Positions 1 to 8,760 of a stretch of 64,000 bases of DNA are shown piece after piece. Within the stretch, counting starts at the first letter, position 1, and each line of letters opens with the position of its first letter. The stretch is from a virus. The notes under the pieces were generated by a model, which was not told where the DNA came from, did not search any database, and saw nothing but the letters and a program-made list of their open reading frames with translations. Where the stretch lies: IMG/VR virus record IMGVR_UViG_3300031521_000001. One strand, written 5' to 3'. A program made the position numbers and the translations under genes.

Positions 1-363
1 GAAGGCTTCGATGATGTCGCTAATTATTCAGGTTTCGGTACAAAAAATATTGATTTCGTTGATGGCTCAATATTCACATTTTATGATTTTGCATTTGAAA
101 ATGATAACATTGTTTTGATTGGTAAACTTGAATTAAGTGAAAACTATAGAGTATCAAATAGAATTATCGAAAACTATAATATATTACTAGTCAATCATAA
201 TGGTAATGTTGAATTACAAGATAAATCAAATAAGATAAAGTCCTTACCAACTAGAGACACTATGGAACAGTTAAAATATATTTATAAACATGCATATGAA
301 ACATTGATAGAAAAAGGTGATGATGCACAATATGATAATGTTAGAAAAAAATATTATAAATGA
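1..363 (+). CDS. Hypothetical protein, 5' truncated by window edge
   Basis: Frame 1 is open from base 1 to the TGA at 361-363; no recognisable motif. Confidence 0.55.
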   Translation, partial: EGFDDVANYSGFGTKNIDFVDGSIFTFYDFAFENDNIVLIGKLELSENYRVSNRIIENYNILLVNHNGNVELQDKSNKIKSLPTRDTMEQLKYIYKHAYETLIEKGDDAQYDNVRKKYYK

Positions 364-410
364 TAAATACTAATATCAAAAATAAAAAAAAATAAAAAAA
401 AATAAAAAAT

Positions 411-1697
411 ATGAAAAATTTAAAGTATGATTTGTTTAATTTCAAAAAGGATTTACCTATTGAAGATTATGAATTAAATGTAATCGTTGAGAGATATATT
501 CGCGATTATGACAAATTTTCAGAAAAAGAACTTGTAAGTTCTTTAAAAGAAAATTTAGCAGGATATGCTTGGGACACAAAAGTAAAAAGATTGGTAGAAA
601 ATTTACAAGATGAGATCAAGAGTGAACCTATAAATTACAATTTGAAAGATTTGTACAAAAAAATTGAAAGAAAAAATTACGGTCAAATGTATCGTCCAGC
701 TTTGAATTCTATTCTTAATATCATAAATATTCAAGATAATGATTCAAAAATGAGTACAATATTAAATGAATTGGTTATTCATGATTGGATTCCTGAAGTA
801 AAAATGTTTTTATCTGGATATATGAATAATCCTATTCAAAGACAAAATCTAGTAAACTCAGGTAACGCATCAAAAGTATTCACTTTAGTCGAAAAAACAA
901 ATGAAGGTAATTTAGTATTTATGAAAGATCGTTGGTTTTTGATTGGACAAGATGAAATAAAACAAACACTTTTAGAAAACCACATCACAGACATTGAAAA
1001 ATTAAGAGAATTTAGAATCTTGGAAAAAGTTATGACAATTGGTGACATCAATGAAGATAAGATTTCTTTCAGATTAGACGAAAACTTGGTTTTGAGTATT
1101 TCAACAAAATCAGATAAAGATGTGTTTTTAAATGAAGAAAAATTAGATAAAGAAACTACATTAGAAAATTTATTTAATTCTAAAATTATTCCTTGGTTGA
1201 AAAAAGATTTTTATGTATTATCAACAACAACAGCACAAAATTTGGACAAATTTGTTGACTTAGATATTGCATTAAAAGTAGAAAATGTATTGCACCCATG
1301 TTTGGAAACTTATGTTGTAAACTACAAAGATAAATTATATGTTTATAACAATGACACTAGAACAGGTTCTGCTTTTTATGAATATAATTCACCAAATGAT
1401 TTAATTAATGATATTCAGAGAGAATTGGATTATGATTTGACAGGATTTTTAGAAAATAAACTTTCAAAAGAAGTAAAACATTTAAGAACATTGGAAGACA
1501 AAGAAATGGAAATCAAAGAATCTATCAAACAAATAGACAAAGGATTAGAATTGTTAAAAGAAAATGAAGAATTAGTAAATGAAGATAAGGCATTGAAAGA
1601 AACTTTTAATCAATTATTAGTATCTAAACATGATTTATATGAAAACTTAAAAGCTATCAAGGATGATAAAATAAAAGCAAAAAGAATGATTATATAA
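411..1697 (+). CDS. Hypothetical phage protein with C-terminal coiled coil
   Basis: 428-aa ORF with an E/K-rich heptad C-terminus, followed by a terminator hairpin. Confidence 0.6.
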   Translation: MKNLKYDLFNFKKDLPIEDYELNVIVERYIRDYDKFSEKELVSSLKENLAGYAWDTKVKRLVENLQDEIKSEPINYNLKDLYKKIERKNYGQMYRPALNSILNIINIQDNDSKMSTILNELVIHDWIPEVKMFLSGYMNNPIQRQNLVNSGNASKVFTLVEKTNEGNLVFMKDRWFLIGQDEIKQTLLENHITDIEKLREFRILEKVMTIGDINEDKISFRLDENLVLSISTKSDKDVFLNEEKLDKETTLENLFNSKIIPWLKKDFYVLSTTTAQNLDKFVDLDIALKVENVLHPCLETYVVNYKDKLYVYNNDTRTGSAFYEYNSPNDLINDIQRELDYDLTGFLENKLSKEVKHLRTLEDKEMEIKESIKQIDKGLELLKENEELVNEDKALKETFNQLLVSKHDLYENLKAIKDDKIKAKRMII

Positions 1698-1716
1698 TCT
1701 TTTAAATGATAAAATT

Positions 1717-1748
1717 AAAAAGATATCACAATTTGTGATATCTTTTTT
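1717..1748. terminator. Intrinsic terminator hairpin
   Basis: aaaaagatatcaca-att-tgtgatatctttttt perfect inverted repeat with A/T tails. Confidence 0.75.
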
Positions 1749-1925
1749 AATAAAAATCAATTTTTATTAAACTTATATTAAACTTTTCATTATTAGAAAT
1801 CTATAAAAATTAACTTATATATACATTAGATTTCAAGGCATTAAAAAAAATTTATACATCAACATACCATATATTTTTATAGGCAATATAGAATAAAAAC
1901 AAATAAAAAAAAACAAATAAAAAAT

Positions 1926-2300
1926 ATGGCAAGATATATAGATGACACAACTTTCTACTATGAAATTATTTTATCAAAAGGCAAGGGAAAATTAACAAGA
2001 AAGTCCGAGAAAATGATAATTCTTATTGGAGAAGAAATGATAAAAAAATTTGAAAGAAAATATAAAACATCAGATGACAAATATGATTGTATGCAGCAGG
2101 GCATTCTGATGATGCTATCAAACTGGAAAGGATTCAATGAGAAAAAATATTCATCAGCCTTTCCTTATTTCTCAGAAATTTGTAAGCGTGGAATCGCAGG
2201 TGGACTAAATGTAATTTACCAAAAGAAAAATAATCAAGATATACCAAAAATGATAAGCTTAAGCAGCGCAAATGATGGTAAAGGACTTCATAACATTTAA
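1926..2300 (+). CDS. gp55: T4 gp55-like late-transcription sigma factor
   Basis: DKYDCMQQGILMMLSNWKGFNEKKYSSAFPYFSEIC resembles the gp55 D-M-x-x-x-G...F-D/N-x-x-K...F-x-Y-F core; short length; next to head genes. Confidence 0.7.
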   Translation: MARYIDDTTFYYEIILSKGKGKLTRKSEKMIILIGEEMIKKFERKYKTSDDKYDCMQQGILMMLSNWKGFNEKKYSSAFPYFSEICKRGIAGGLNVIYQKKNNQDIPKMISLSSANDGKGLHNI

Positions 2301-2317
2301 AAAATAATATATATAAT

Positions 2318-2581
2318 ATGGCACTAAGAGATTGGGTCAGAAATGACGGATTTATTAATTCAATACCAGGACCCTCAAATTCATATAGAGGTGATGAAGA
2401 GTTTATAGTTTTGGTTAGAGATATTCAATTCCAAGATATTCAAACTGGAGCTCACAATAGATTTCCAACACTATATGATGTTGCTAAGGCTAACGGAGGT
2501 AGAAATTACATAAATGTAACAGACAACACCAAACTTGTTCAAGATCCACCTAATTTAAATTCTTTACGAAACAAATATTGA
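2318..2581 (+). CDS. Hypothetical protein
   Basis: 87-aa ORF closely spaced in the operon, preceded by an AATATATA motif. Confidence 0.55.
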   Translation: MALRDWVRNDGFINSIPGPSNSYRGDEEFIVLVRDIQFQDIQTGAHNRFPTLYDVAKANGGRNYINVTDNTKLVQDPPNLNSLRNKY

Positions 2582-2584
2582 TTT

Positions 2585-3112
2585 ATGGGAGCAAATAAAG
2601 CATCATTTGGTAGCAGGAAAGATAAAAAAGGTAGAAATAAATATAAACAAGGTTTTTATAATCTTGAAAATGAAGAAAAATATATTGGAATCTTACCTAT
2701 AAAATATTTTTCTTCTTGGGAGTTAGGATTTTGCAGATTTTGTGATTTGAATGATAAAGTTTTAAAATGGAGTTCTGAAAGTTTAGAAATTCCATATCAA
2801 TTTAAAAATAAATTAGGTCAAATTGAAACTCATCGTTATTATCCAGATTTTTATTTAGAAATGATAGATAATAGTGATCCAGAAAAATATGATAGACTAG
2901 TAATTGAGGTAAAACCTAAACATGAAACTGAACAACCTAAACCACCCCAACGAAAAACATTAAAAATGTTAGAAAATTATGAATATTCATTAAACACATA
3001 TAAAAAAAATATGCACAAATGGTATTTCACAAAAGAATGGTGTGAAAGACATCATTTAAAATTTATAATAATATCTGAAGATGATTTGAAAAAATATGGT
3101 ATAATAAAATGA
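2585..3112 (+). CDS. gp4: T4 gp4-like head completion nuclease (TnsA-like PD-(D/E)XK)
   Basis: YKQG, SSWE, WSSESLEIPY, HRYYPDF and IEVKP motifs typical of the gp4 family. Confidence 0.85.
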   Translation: MGANKASFGSRKDKKGRNKYKQGFYNLENEEKYIGILPIKYFSSWELGFCRFCDLNDKVLKWSSESLEIPYQFKNKLGQIETHRYYPDFYLEMIDNSDPEKYDRLVIEVKPKHETEQPKPPQRKTLKMLENYEYSLNTYKKNMHKWYFTKEWCERHHLKFIIISEDDLKKYGIIK

Positions 3113-3879
3113 GTAATGTATCATTCACTGAAGAACTTGAATCTTTATTTGGACAATATAACAAAAACATCAACTTGATTAGAAAAGAATCTACAGAAGA
3201 GTTGTTTGGTTACATCACTAGAAATCCAAATAAGCAAATAAGACCTACGACATTAGCAAATATACAAATAGGCAAATTTTATATAATCAAATATAATTAC
3301 AACGGAAACAAATTATGGTGTCCAATATTAACTATACCTCCAATAAAAAATTCTAATGAACTTGGTGTTTTAGAGAGTCAGCTAAAAATTGTAAATATCA
3401 AGAAAATATTATATGCAGTAAATTTTGATTATTTACCAATATTATATAAAGCAAAATTAATAGATTCTATAATACAAACAAATCCTGATAGATATGAAAA
3501 AAACTCAGATAAAATATCCAAAGGCGATATAGTAAACAATGAATTTTATTTTAATGTGAATTGGATTTATCAATATTTAAAAATAAATGGTAAAAAAAAT
3601 TATTCTATAACTGCATATGATATATCTAAAATAGAACATGTATATCAAGTATCTTCCACCATTCTTCATAGATTTGTTTTCTTAGATACATATAAAATAA
3701 ATAATAGTTTAATGTATGAAACATTAAATAATATTGTTAACAATAAACTCAAAGGAGAATTCTCTGATAAAATAATAATGTATGAGGAAATATTAAAATT
3801 ATACGAAAAAGATATTGAAAATTTTTATACATCATTGAAAAATTTTGAAAAAAATTTAAAATTAATTGAAAAATTATAA
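3109..3879 (+). CDS. Probable T4 gp2-like DNA end protector
   Basis: GKFYIIKY...PIL...AVNFDYLP..KAKL resembles gp2 motifs; overlaps the gp4-like gene. Confidence 0.5.
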   Translation: MSNVSFTEELESLFGQYNKNINLIRKESTEELFGYITRNPNKQIRPTTLANIQIGKFYIIKYNYNGNKLWCPILTIPPIKNSNELGVLESQLKIVNIKKILYAVNFDYLPILYKAKLIDSIIQTNPDRYEKNSDKISKGDIVNNEFYFNVNWIYQYLKINGKKNYSITAYDISKIEHVYQVSSTILHRFVFLDTYKINNSLMYETLNNIVNNKLKGEFSDKIIMYEEILKLYEKDIENFYTSLKNFEKNLKLIEKL

Positions 3880-3956
3880 TATAGATATTAATTGAAGTGA
3901 AATGATTTAAATGAGCACAAGTATTTTAATATATAATAAAAATTAATAGATAAACA

Positions 3957-5729
3957 GTGGCAACATATAATAGATACAATCAGCCAAATTCCATGTATGA
4001 TTTTGGTAGAGGTAATGTAGGAAAAAGTTTCGGTAATAAAATATTAAGAAAATTAAGCAATTTTGGAATGGACGAACAAGAAATGGTCGTTAGAAATAGT
4101 CAGGCTATTGGAGCATTTCAAGATACTAGTAATTTACTATATGAGCCTGGTACAAATATGTACGATTTATTTACAAAAAAAATAATTTCTAAAATATTAG
4201 AAAAAAAATCTATTGCATATTTAGACCGTAGATATTTAGATAAAAGAAAAATTTTACATCAATATGCAATAAAAGAAGAAATTAAAGATTATGTAACTAG
4301 AATAGCAGAAGAAGCAATTAATTATGATGATGATAATTATTTTTGTACTGTTACAGATTTACCAGATAATTATGACCAATCAATTAGAGTGAAATATCAG
4401 GAAAATTTCAAGAAAATTTATAATGCTTTCAATTTTAATGATGGATTAACTGCTTGGAATTATATGAAAACTTTTTTAATTGATGGATTTTTATCATTTG
4501 AAATCGTTTACGATGATGATCAAAAAAACATAATTGAACTAAATTTATTGGACCCATTAACATTAATTGTTGCTGCTGAACCAGGAACTGGTACAGTTGT
4601 TTGGATTCAAAACCCAGATATTCCTCAATTGAGGAGAGTTTTGTTGGATGCTAATATTATTTACATTTCATATTCAAATAATTTGGATTATGATGAAACA
4701 AGTTATGTAGAAGGATTAATCAAACCTTATAATCAATTAAAATTATTGGAATTTACTAAATTGATGTATAATTTAAATCAAGCATCAATATACAAAAAAT
4801 TTGTAATCCCTGTTAATGGACTAACTAGACAACAAGCTGAACAACAAATAAGTCAACTAATGAGTGAATATCATGAAGACATAGAATGGGACGACACCAC
4901 AGGAGTACCATACATAAATGGTTCTACTAAAATTCCTCATTCAAAAGATTATTGGTTTCCTACATCAGAACTTGGAACACCAGAAATGGATATTATTCAA
5001 CCACAACAAGCAGAATTAAATGAAGATATAGTTTTACAGTGGTTTTATAAATCGTTCAAACGAGCATCAAAAATGCCATTCTCTAGATTGGATGAAGACC
5101 AGGGTGGAGGTAATTTTTATGATGACACTGCATCTATAACTATGGACGAAATAAGATTTAAAAATTTTGTTGGTAGATTACGAACATTGTTCAAAGAAGT
5201 ATTAGTTAAGCCATTAAAAATACAGATGATTTTAGAATTTCCCGAATTGAGCAGTGATAAAATATTTGAAAGTTATATTAAATTAAATTTCAATTCAAAT
5301 GATTTATTCGAAGAATGGAAATATTTGAATAATTTAGCAAAAAGAGCAGAAATTTCATCTACGTTATCAAGTAATTTACAAGATGGTGATGGGAAGCCCT
5401 ACCTTTCGATTGAGTGGATTGTGAGAAATATTATGAAATTTACTGATAAAGATATTGAATCTAACAACAAATATAAAATGATGAGTGGAACAGCAGGAGA
5501 AGGAGCAGGAGCATCTGGAGGTGGAGGCGGCTTTGGAGGAGAAGGCGGATTTCCAGGTGGTGAACCAGGATTTCCTGGTGCACAAGGTGATGCACAAGGT
5601 GGTGGACAGGCACAAGGTGGAGCACAAGGTGGAGCACAAGGTGGAGCACAAGGTGGAGCACAAGGTGGAGCACAAGGTGGAGCACAAGGTGGAGCACAAG
5701 GTGGAGCACAAGGAGAAGCAGAATTTTAA
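3957..5729 (+). CDS. gp20: Portal protein (T4 gp20-like) with Gly/Ala/Gln tail
   Basis: FLIDG, SYVEGLIKPYNQLKLLE, KDYWFP, KMPFSRL and ITMDEIRFKNFVGRLR match gp20 motifs; GTG start. Confidence 0.9.
   Translation: MATYNRYNQPNSMYDFGRGNVGKSFGNKILRKLSNFGMDEQEMVVRNSQAIGAFQDTSNLLYEPGTNMYDLFTKKIISKILEKKSIAYLDRRYLDKRKILHQYAIKEEIKDYVTRIAEEAINYDDDNYFCTVTDLPDNYDQSIRVKYQENFKKIYNAFNFNDGLTAWNYMKTFLIDGFLSFEIVYDDDQKNIIELNLLDPLTLIVAAEPGTGTVVWIQNPDIPQLRRVLLDANIIYISYSNNLDYDETSYVEGLIKPYNQLKLLEFTKLMYNLNQASIYKKFVIPVNGLTRQQAEQQISQLMSEYHEDIEWDDTTGVPYINGSTKIPHSKDYWFPTSELGTPEMDIIQPQQAELNEDIVLQWFYKSFKRASKMPFSRLDEDQGGGNFYDDTASITMDEIRFKNFVGRLRTLFKEVLVKPLKIQMILEFPELSSDKIFESYIKLNFNSNDLFEEWKYLNNLAKRAEISSTLSSNLQDGDGKPYLSIEWIVRNIMKFTDKDIESNNKYKMMSGTAGEGAGASGGGGGFGGEGGFPGGEPGFPGAQGDAQGGGQAQGGAQGGAQGGAQGGAQGGAQGGAQGGAQGGAQGEAEF
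5610..5714 (+). repeat. 12-bp tandem repeat (gcacaaggtgga) x8 plus a partial copy, encoding (AQGG)8
   Basis: Perfect copies at 5610-5705 within the 3' end of the portal gene. Confidence 0.95.
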
Positions 5730-5731
5730 AC

Positions 5732-5762
5732 AAAAAAGTGAGAATTAATTCTCACTTTTTTT
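5732..5762. terminator. Bidirectional terminator between convergent genes
   Basis: aaaaaagtgagaat-ta-attctcacttttttt. Confidence 0.75.
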
Positions 5763-7334
5763 ATAAATAAATTTTAGGTTACCAGAATCATATATTCTGT
5801 ATATTTTTCTATCAATCATAATTTCGTGTTCACTTTTATTTGGATCAAAACCTTTCTTAACTAATAAATCTTTTCTGAAGTTAAATCTGTGATGTCTAAT
5901 TCCGTCAATTATATAGTAATAATTTGGTTCAGTTTTTCCGTTATAATTAAATCCAAGAGTTTCATACAATTTACCTTGACTAAAACTTCTATCTGCGTAT
6001 GTAGTCATTTCACTTGGAGTATAATTGTTTATAAAATATTTAAACAATCTTGATGCACCACCTACAATATTAGTATTTAATTTATTACAAAATCTTAGTA
6101 ATTCATATTCACCTTTATTTGTTGATTTTTTACCCATTGCTATACGTCTATTACCGAAAGTCATCAAGCTTACTAATTCATCATTATAAAATAATCCTAT
6201 TTTAACTTTTGATCCGACAAATCCTTGTATATGATTTTTATTTAAAAAATCTCTAAGTAATTTATTATCATACATCTCTTTAATTATACATTTTCTAGCA
6301 TAAATTTTATTAGTATTTTTACCTAATTTATTTAATATTATAGATTTTACAATTTCTTGTCTATATAGCCAATCATCTTCCCATATATGAATTAATTGTA
6401 TTCCTTGCTTTTCACATTCTTCAGTCTTATTTAAATGATAATTATTTTCCTTATTTACTTCACTGTGCCAATATAATCCATTAAATTCAAATGCTAATTT
6501 CAAATCAGGAATATAAATATCCAATTCTAATGGTGAAATTATCTTTCTATTATTTTCTATTATTTCGTTATTATAATTATTTTTTATAAATTCACATAAT
6601 TTAATTTCATAACCAGATGAAAATGAACCAATTGGATTACAAACAGTGCAGATTGTTGTATTTAATTTTATTCTATTTTTTAATAATTCTCTTGATATTT
6701 CATAATTGTGTTTTTTCTCACATAAAAAAATATAATTTTTATTATCAGTAAAAACTAAGTTATTGTATTTTTCTAATAATTTTTTAGTTATTGTATTTTT
6801 ATATTTTTCAACAATTAAGTGTTTTTTGTTTTTAAAGTTTTCTGATTGATGATAATTCTCATTCCCATATTTTATCAGCACTGATTTTTTTACCTTTTTA
6901 ATCATATCAGAATAATCACGATTTTTATTAGTAATTTTAATTCTATTCTTATAATCTTCTGTTTGGGTATAATAATCTACTCCAAATTTATCAAAACTTG
7001 TTTGTTTTACCTTTTCAATAAATTCATCTGTTTTAGAATAATGATCAACACCATATTTTTCTAATGATGTTTTTTTGTTTTTTATTGTAGAACATTTATT
7101 TGAGCAACAAAAAATATTATATTTAGATGTGTTTCTACAATATTCTTTATAAGTCACCAATTTTTCATCACCACAAACATCACACACTGCTACAATTTCA
7201 GATTTACTACCTTTGGTCAAATCTAATACTTTTATATCATATATATTATTAACATCTACAATATAGTTCATTTTTCTATAATGTGATATTGTTTTGCTAT
7301 TCATTTTTAATTTAACAAATTCTGTTTTTATCAT
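5745..7334 (-). CDS. Free-standing endonuclease: Zn finger + KYG repeats + Vsr/DUF559-like nuclease + C-terminal Mom-like GNAT domain
   Basis: CDVCG; KYGVD repeats; LELDIYIPDLKLAFEFNGLYWHS...LIHIWEDDW; YELLRFC..GGASRL..TYADRSFSQGKLYETLGF. Confidence 0.75.
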   Translation of the reverse strand: MIKTEFVKLKMNSKTISHYRKMNYIVDVNNIYDIKVLDLTKGSKSEIVAVCDVCGDEKLVTYKEYCRNTSKYNIFCCSNKCSTIKNKKTSLEKYGVDHYSKTDEFIEKVKQTSFDKFGVDYYTQTEDYKNRIKITNKNRDYSDMIKKVKKSVLIKYGNENYHQSENFKNKKHLIVEKYKNTITKKLLEKYNNLVFTDNKNYIFLCEKKHNYEISRELLKNRIKLNTTICTVCNPIGSFSSGYEIKLCEFIKNNYNNEIIENNRKIISPLELDIYIPDLKLAFEFNGLYWHSEVNKENNYHLNKTEECEKQGIQLIHIWEDDWLYRQEIVKSIILNKLGKNTNKIYARKCIIKEMYDNKLLRDFLNKNHIQGFVGSKVKIGLFYNDELVSLMTFGNRRIAMGKKSTNKGEYELLRFCNKLNTNIVGGASRLFKYFINNYTPSEMTTYADRSFSQGKLYETLGFNYNGKTEPNYYYIIDGIRHHRFNFRKDLLVKKGFDPNKSEHEIMIDRKIYRIYDSGNLKFIYKKSEN

Positions 7335-7474
7335 AATATATTTTTGTTATTATATATAAATAAATATGGTTTGTTTTCTGAATAAGTATTATTTATTCAA
7401 ATTAATAAAATTTGATATTAAATTTAAAAATTCAACCATAATTATTTAATATATAAACAAAAACAAAAATAAAT

Positions 7475-8278
7475 ATGCCAGTAGATAGAGGAATAATTGC
7501 AATATTGTATTATAATAATATAACTGATATTGATAAAGTAGAAGATTTCATAGGAGAAAAAAACGGTTATTATGAAATTAAAATAAATGGAAAAATTGAA
7601 AAATTAAAAATACCAGATATATCATATGTTGAACATATAGAAGATGTAGAAGATGTAGAAGATGTGATAAAAGTAATATATAAAGAAGATACGTATGAAA
7701 AAGAATTAGAATATGAATTAGAAAAAATTAAAATAAGTTCAAATAAAATTGAAGAAGAAAGTAAAAGAATAAATAATAATATAATTGAATCACAAAAAAA
7801 AACAAAATTAGATTCAGAAGAAAAAAGAATAGCTTCAATTGAAGAACTAAAAAAACGTGAAATTGAGTTGGGTATTGTTAAAGAACCAATATCAAAATTT
7901 TTAGCTAATTCATCTGGAACAACATTCAATGAAGAATCTATAATAGAAAGCACAACAGAAAAAACAATAGAAAACTCACAAGTTAGTACAGATAACAAAT
8001 TAAATTTGAGATATTCGAATGTTCCTAATATTAACACAGAATTAATTAATGAATCTATTGTTGATACAATTGAAAATAATCAAGATGAATCAAAAGATAA
8101 ATCAAACAATGACAACTCAAAAAAAAATAGTTCTGCTATTACTAAAACTGTAAAAACAGAAACATATTTCTCGTCAGATACTGATAAAAATGATGATTCT
8201 AAAAAAAATAAAAATAAAAAAAATACTTCAACCAAATCTAAAAAGTCAGATGATAATGAATACATAAATGCGATTTAG
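7475..8278 (+). CDS. Hypothetical low-complexity charged protein
   Basis: 267-aa ORF with an upstream TTTAATATATA motif and a downstream terminator. Confidence 0.6.
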   Translation: MPVDRGIIAILYYNNITDIDKVEDFIGEKNGYYEIKINGKIEKLKIPDISYVEHIEDVEDVEDVIKVIYKEDTYEKELEYELEKIKISSNKIEEESKRINNNIIESQKKTKLDSEEKRIASIEELKKREIELGIVKEPISKFLANSSGTTFNEESIIESTTEKTIENSQVSTDNKLNLRYSNVPNINTELINESIVDTIENNQDESKDKSNNDNSKKNSSAITKTVKTETYFSSDTDKNDDSKKNKNKKNTSTKSKKSDDNEYINAI

Positions 8279-8297
8279 TATACTTTAAATTAAAATA

Positions 8298-8335
8298 ATA
8301 AAGCCCAGATATTATAAAAAATATCTGGGCTTTAT
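8298..8335. terminator. Intrinsic terminator hairpin
   Basis: ataaagcccagatat...atatctgggctttat. Confidence 0.75.
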
Positions 8336-8363
8336 TTATATATAAAAGAAATATGAAAGAAAT

Positions 8364-8672
8364 ATGAAAGTTAATAGATTTAATGAAAGTGTTGGTTTTT
8401 TAGATAGAAGGTACAAAATTGACATGATGATAGTTTTTAAACGATACAAAAGATTTAAAAATTCTCAACATAGATTAGCCTCAATATCTAATATGATAGA
8501 TAATGGAGGAGGAGATGTTTATTTATATTCTATATCAGAAGATTTAAAAGATGCACTCATAAAAAGTGATAAATTCGGGCATACATTGCAAACTGTACCA
8601 ATAGAATCATTAATAAATTTTGATTTGGATGAATATATAATATTTAAAAAAACTGATAAATATAATTTATAA
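8364..8672 (+). CDS. Small tagged protein (N-term MKVNRFNE, C-term DKYNL)
   Basis: Shares terminal motifs with the 22-27 kb family. Confidence 0.6.
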   Translation: MKVNRFNESVGFLDRRYKIDMMIVFKRYKRFKNSQHRLASISNMIDNGGGDVYLYSISEDLKDALIKSDKFGHTLQTVPIESLINFDLDEYIIFKKTDKYNL

Positions 8673-8703
8673 TAATATTAAAAAATAATATTAACTAAAT
8701 TAT

Positions 8704-8741
8704 AAAAATAGAAAAAAATGACATTTTTTAAGTAATATATA
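8704..8741 (+). promoter_or_regulatory. Conserved upstream motif AAAAATAGAAAAAAATGACATTTTTT-N-AATATATA (putative strong late promoter/operator)
   Basis: Near-identical copies upstream of the protease, the major capsid gene and (minus strand) the tRNA leader. Confidence 0.6.
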
Positions 8742-8760
8742 AAAGAAAAATAAAAGAAAT

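Noticed and set aside
5376-5748. Three ORFs with striking repeats (CSTL, LVLH, VEHK)
   Set aside because: Alternative-frame and antisense shadows of the 12-bp repeat in the portal gene
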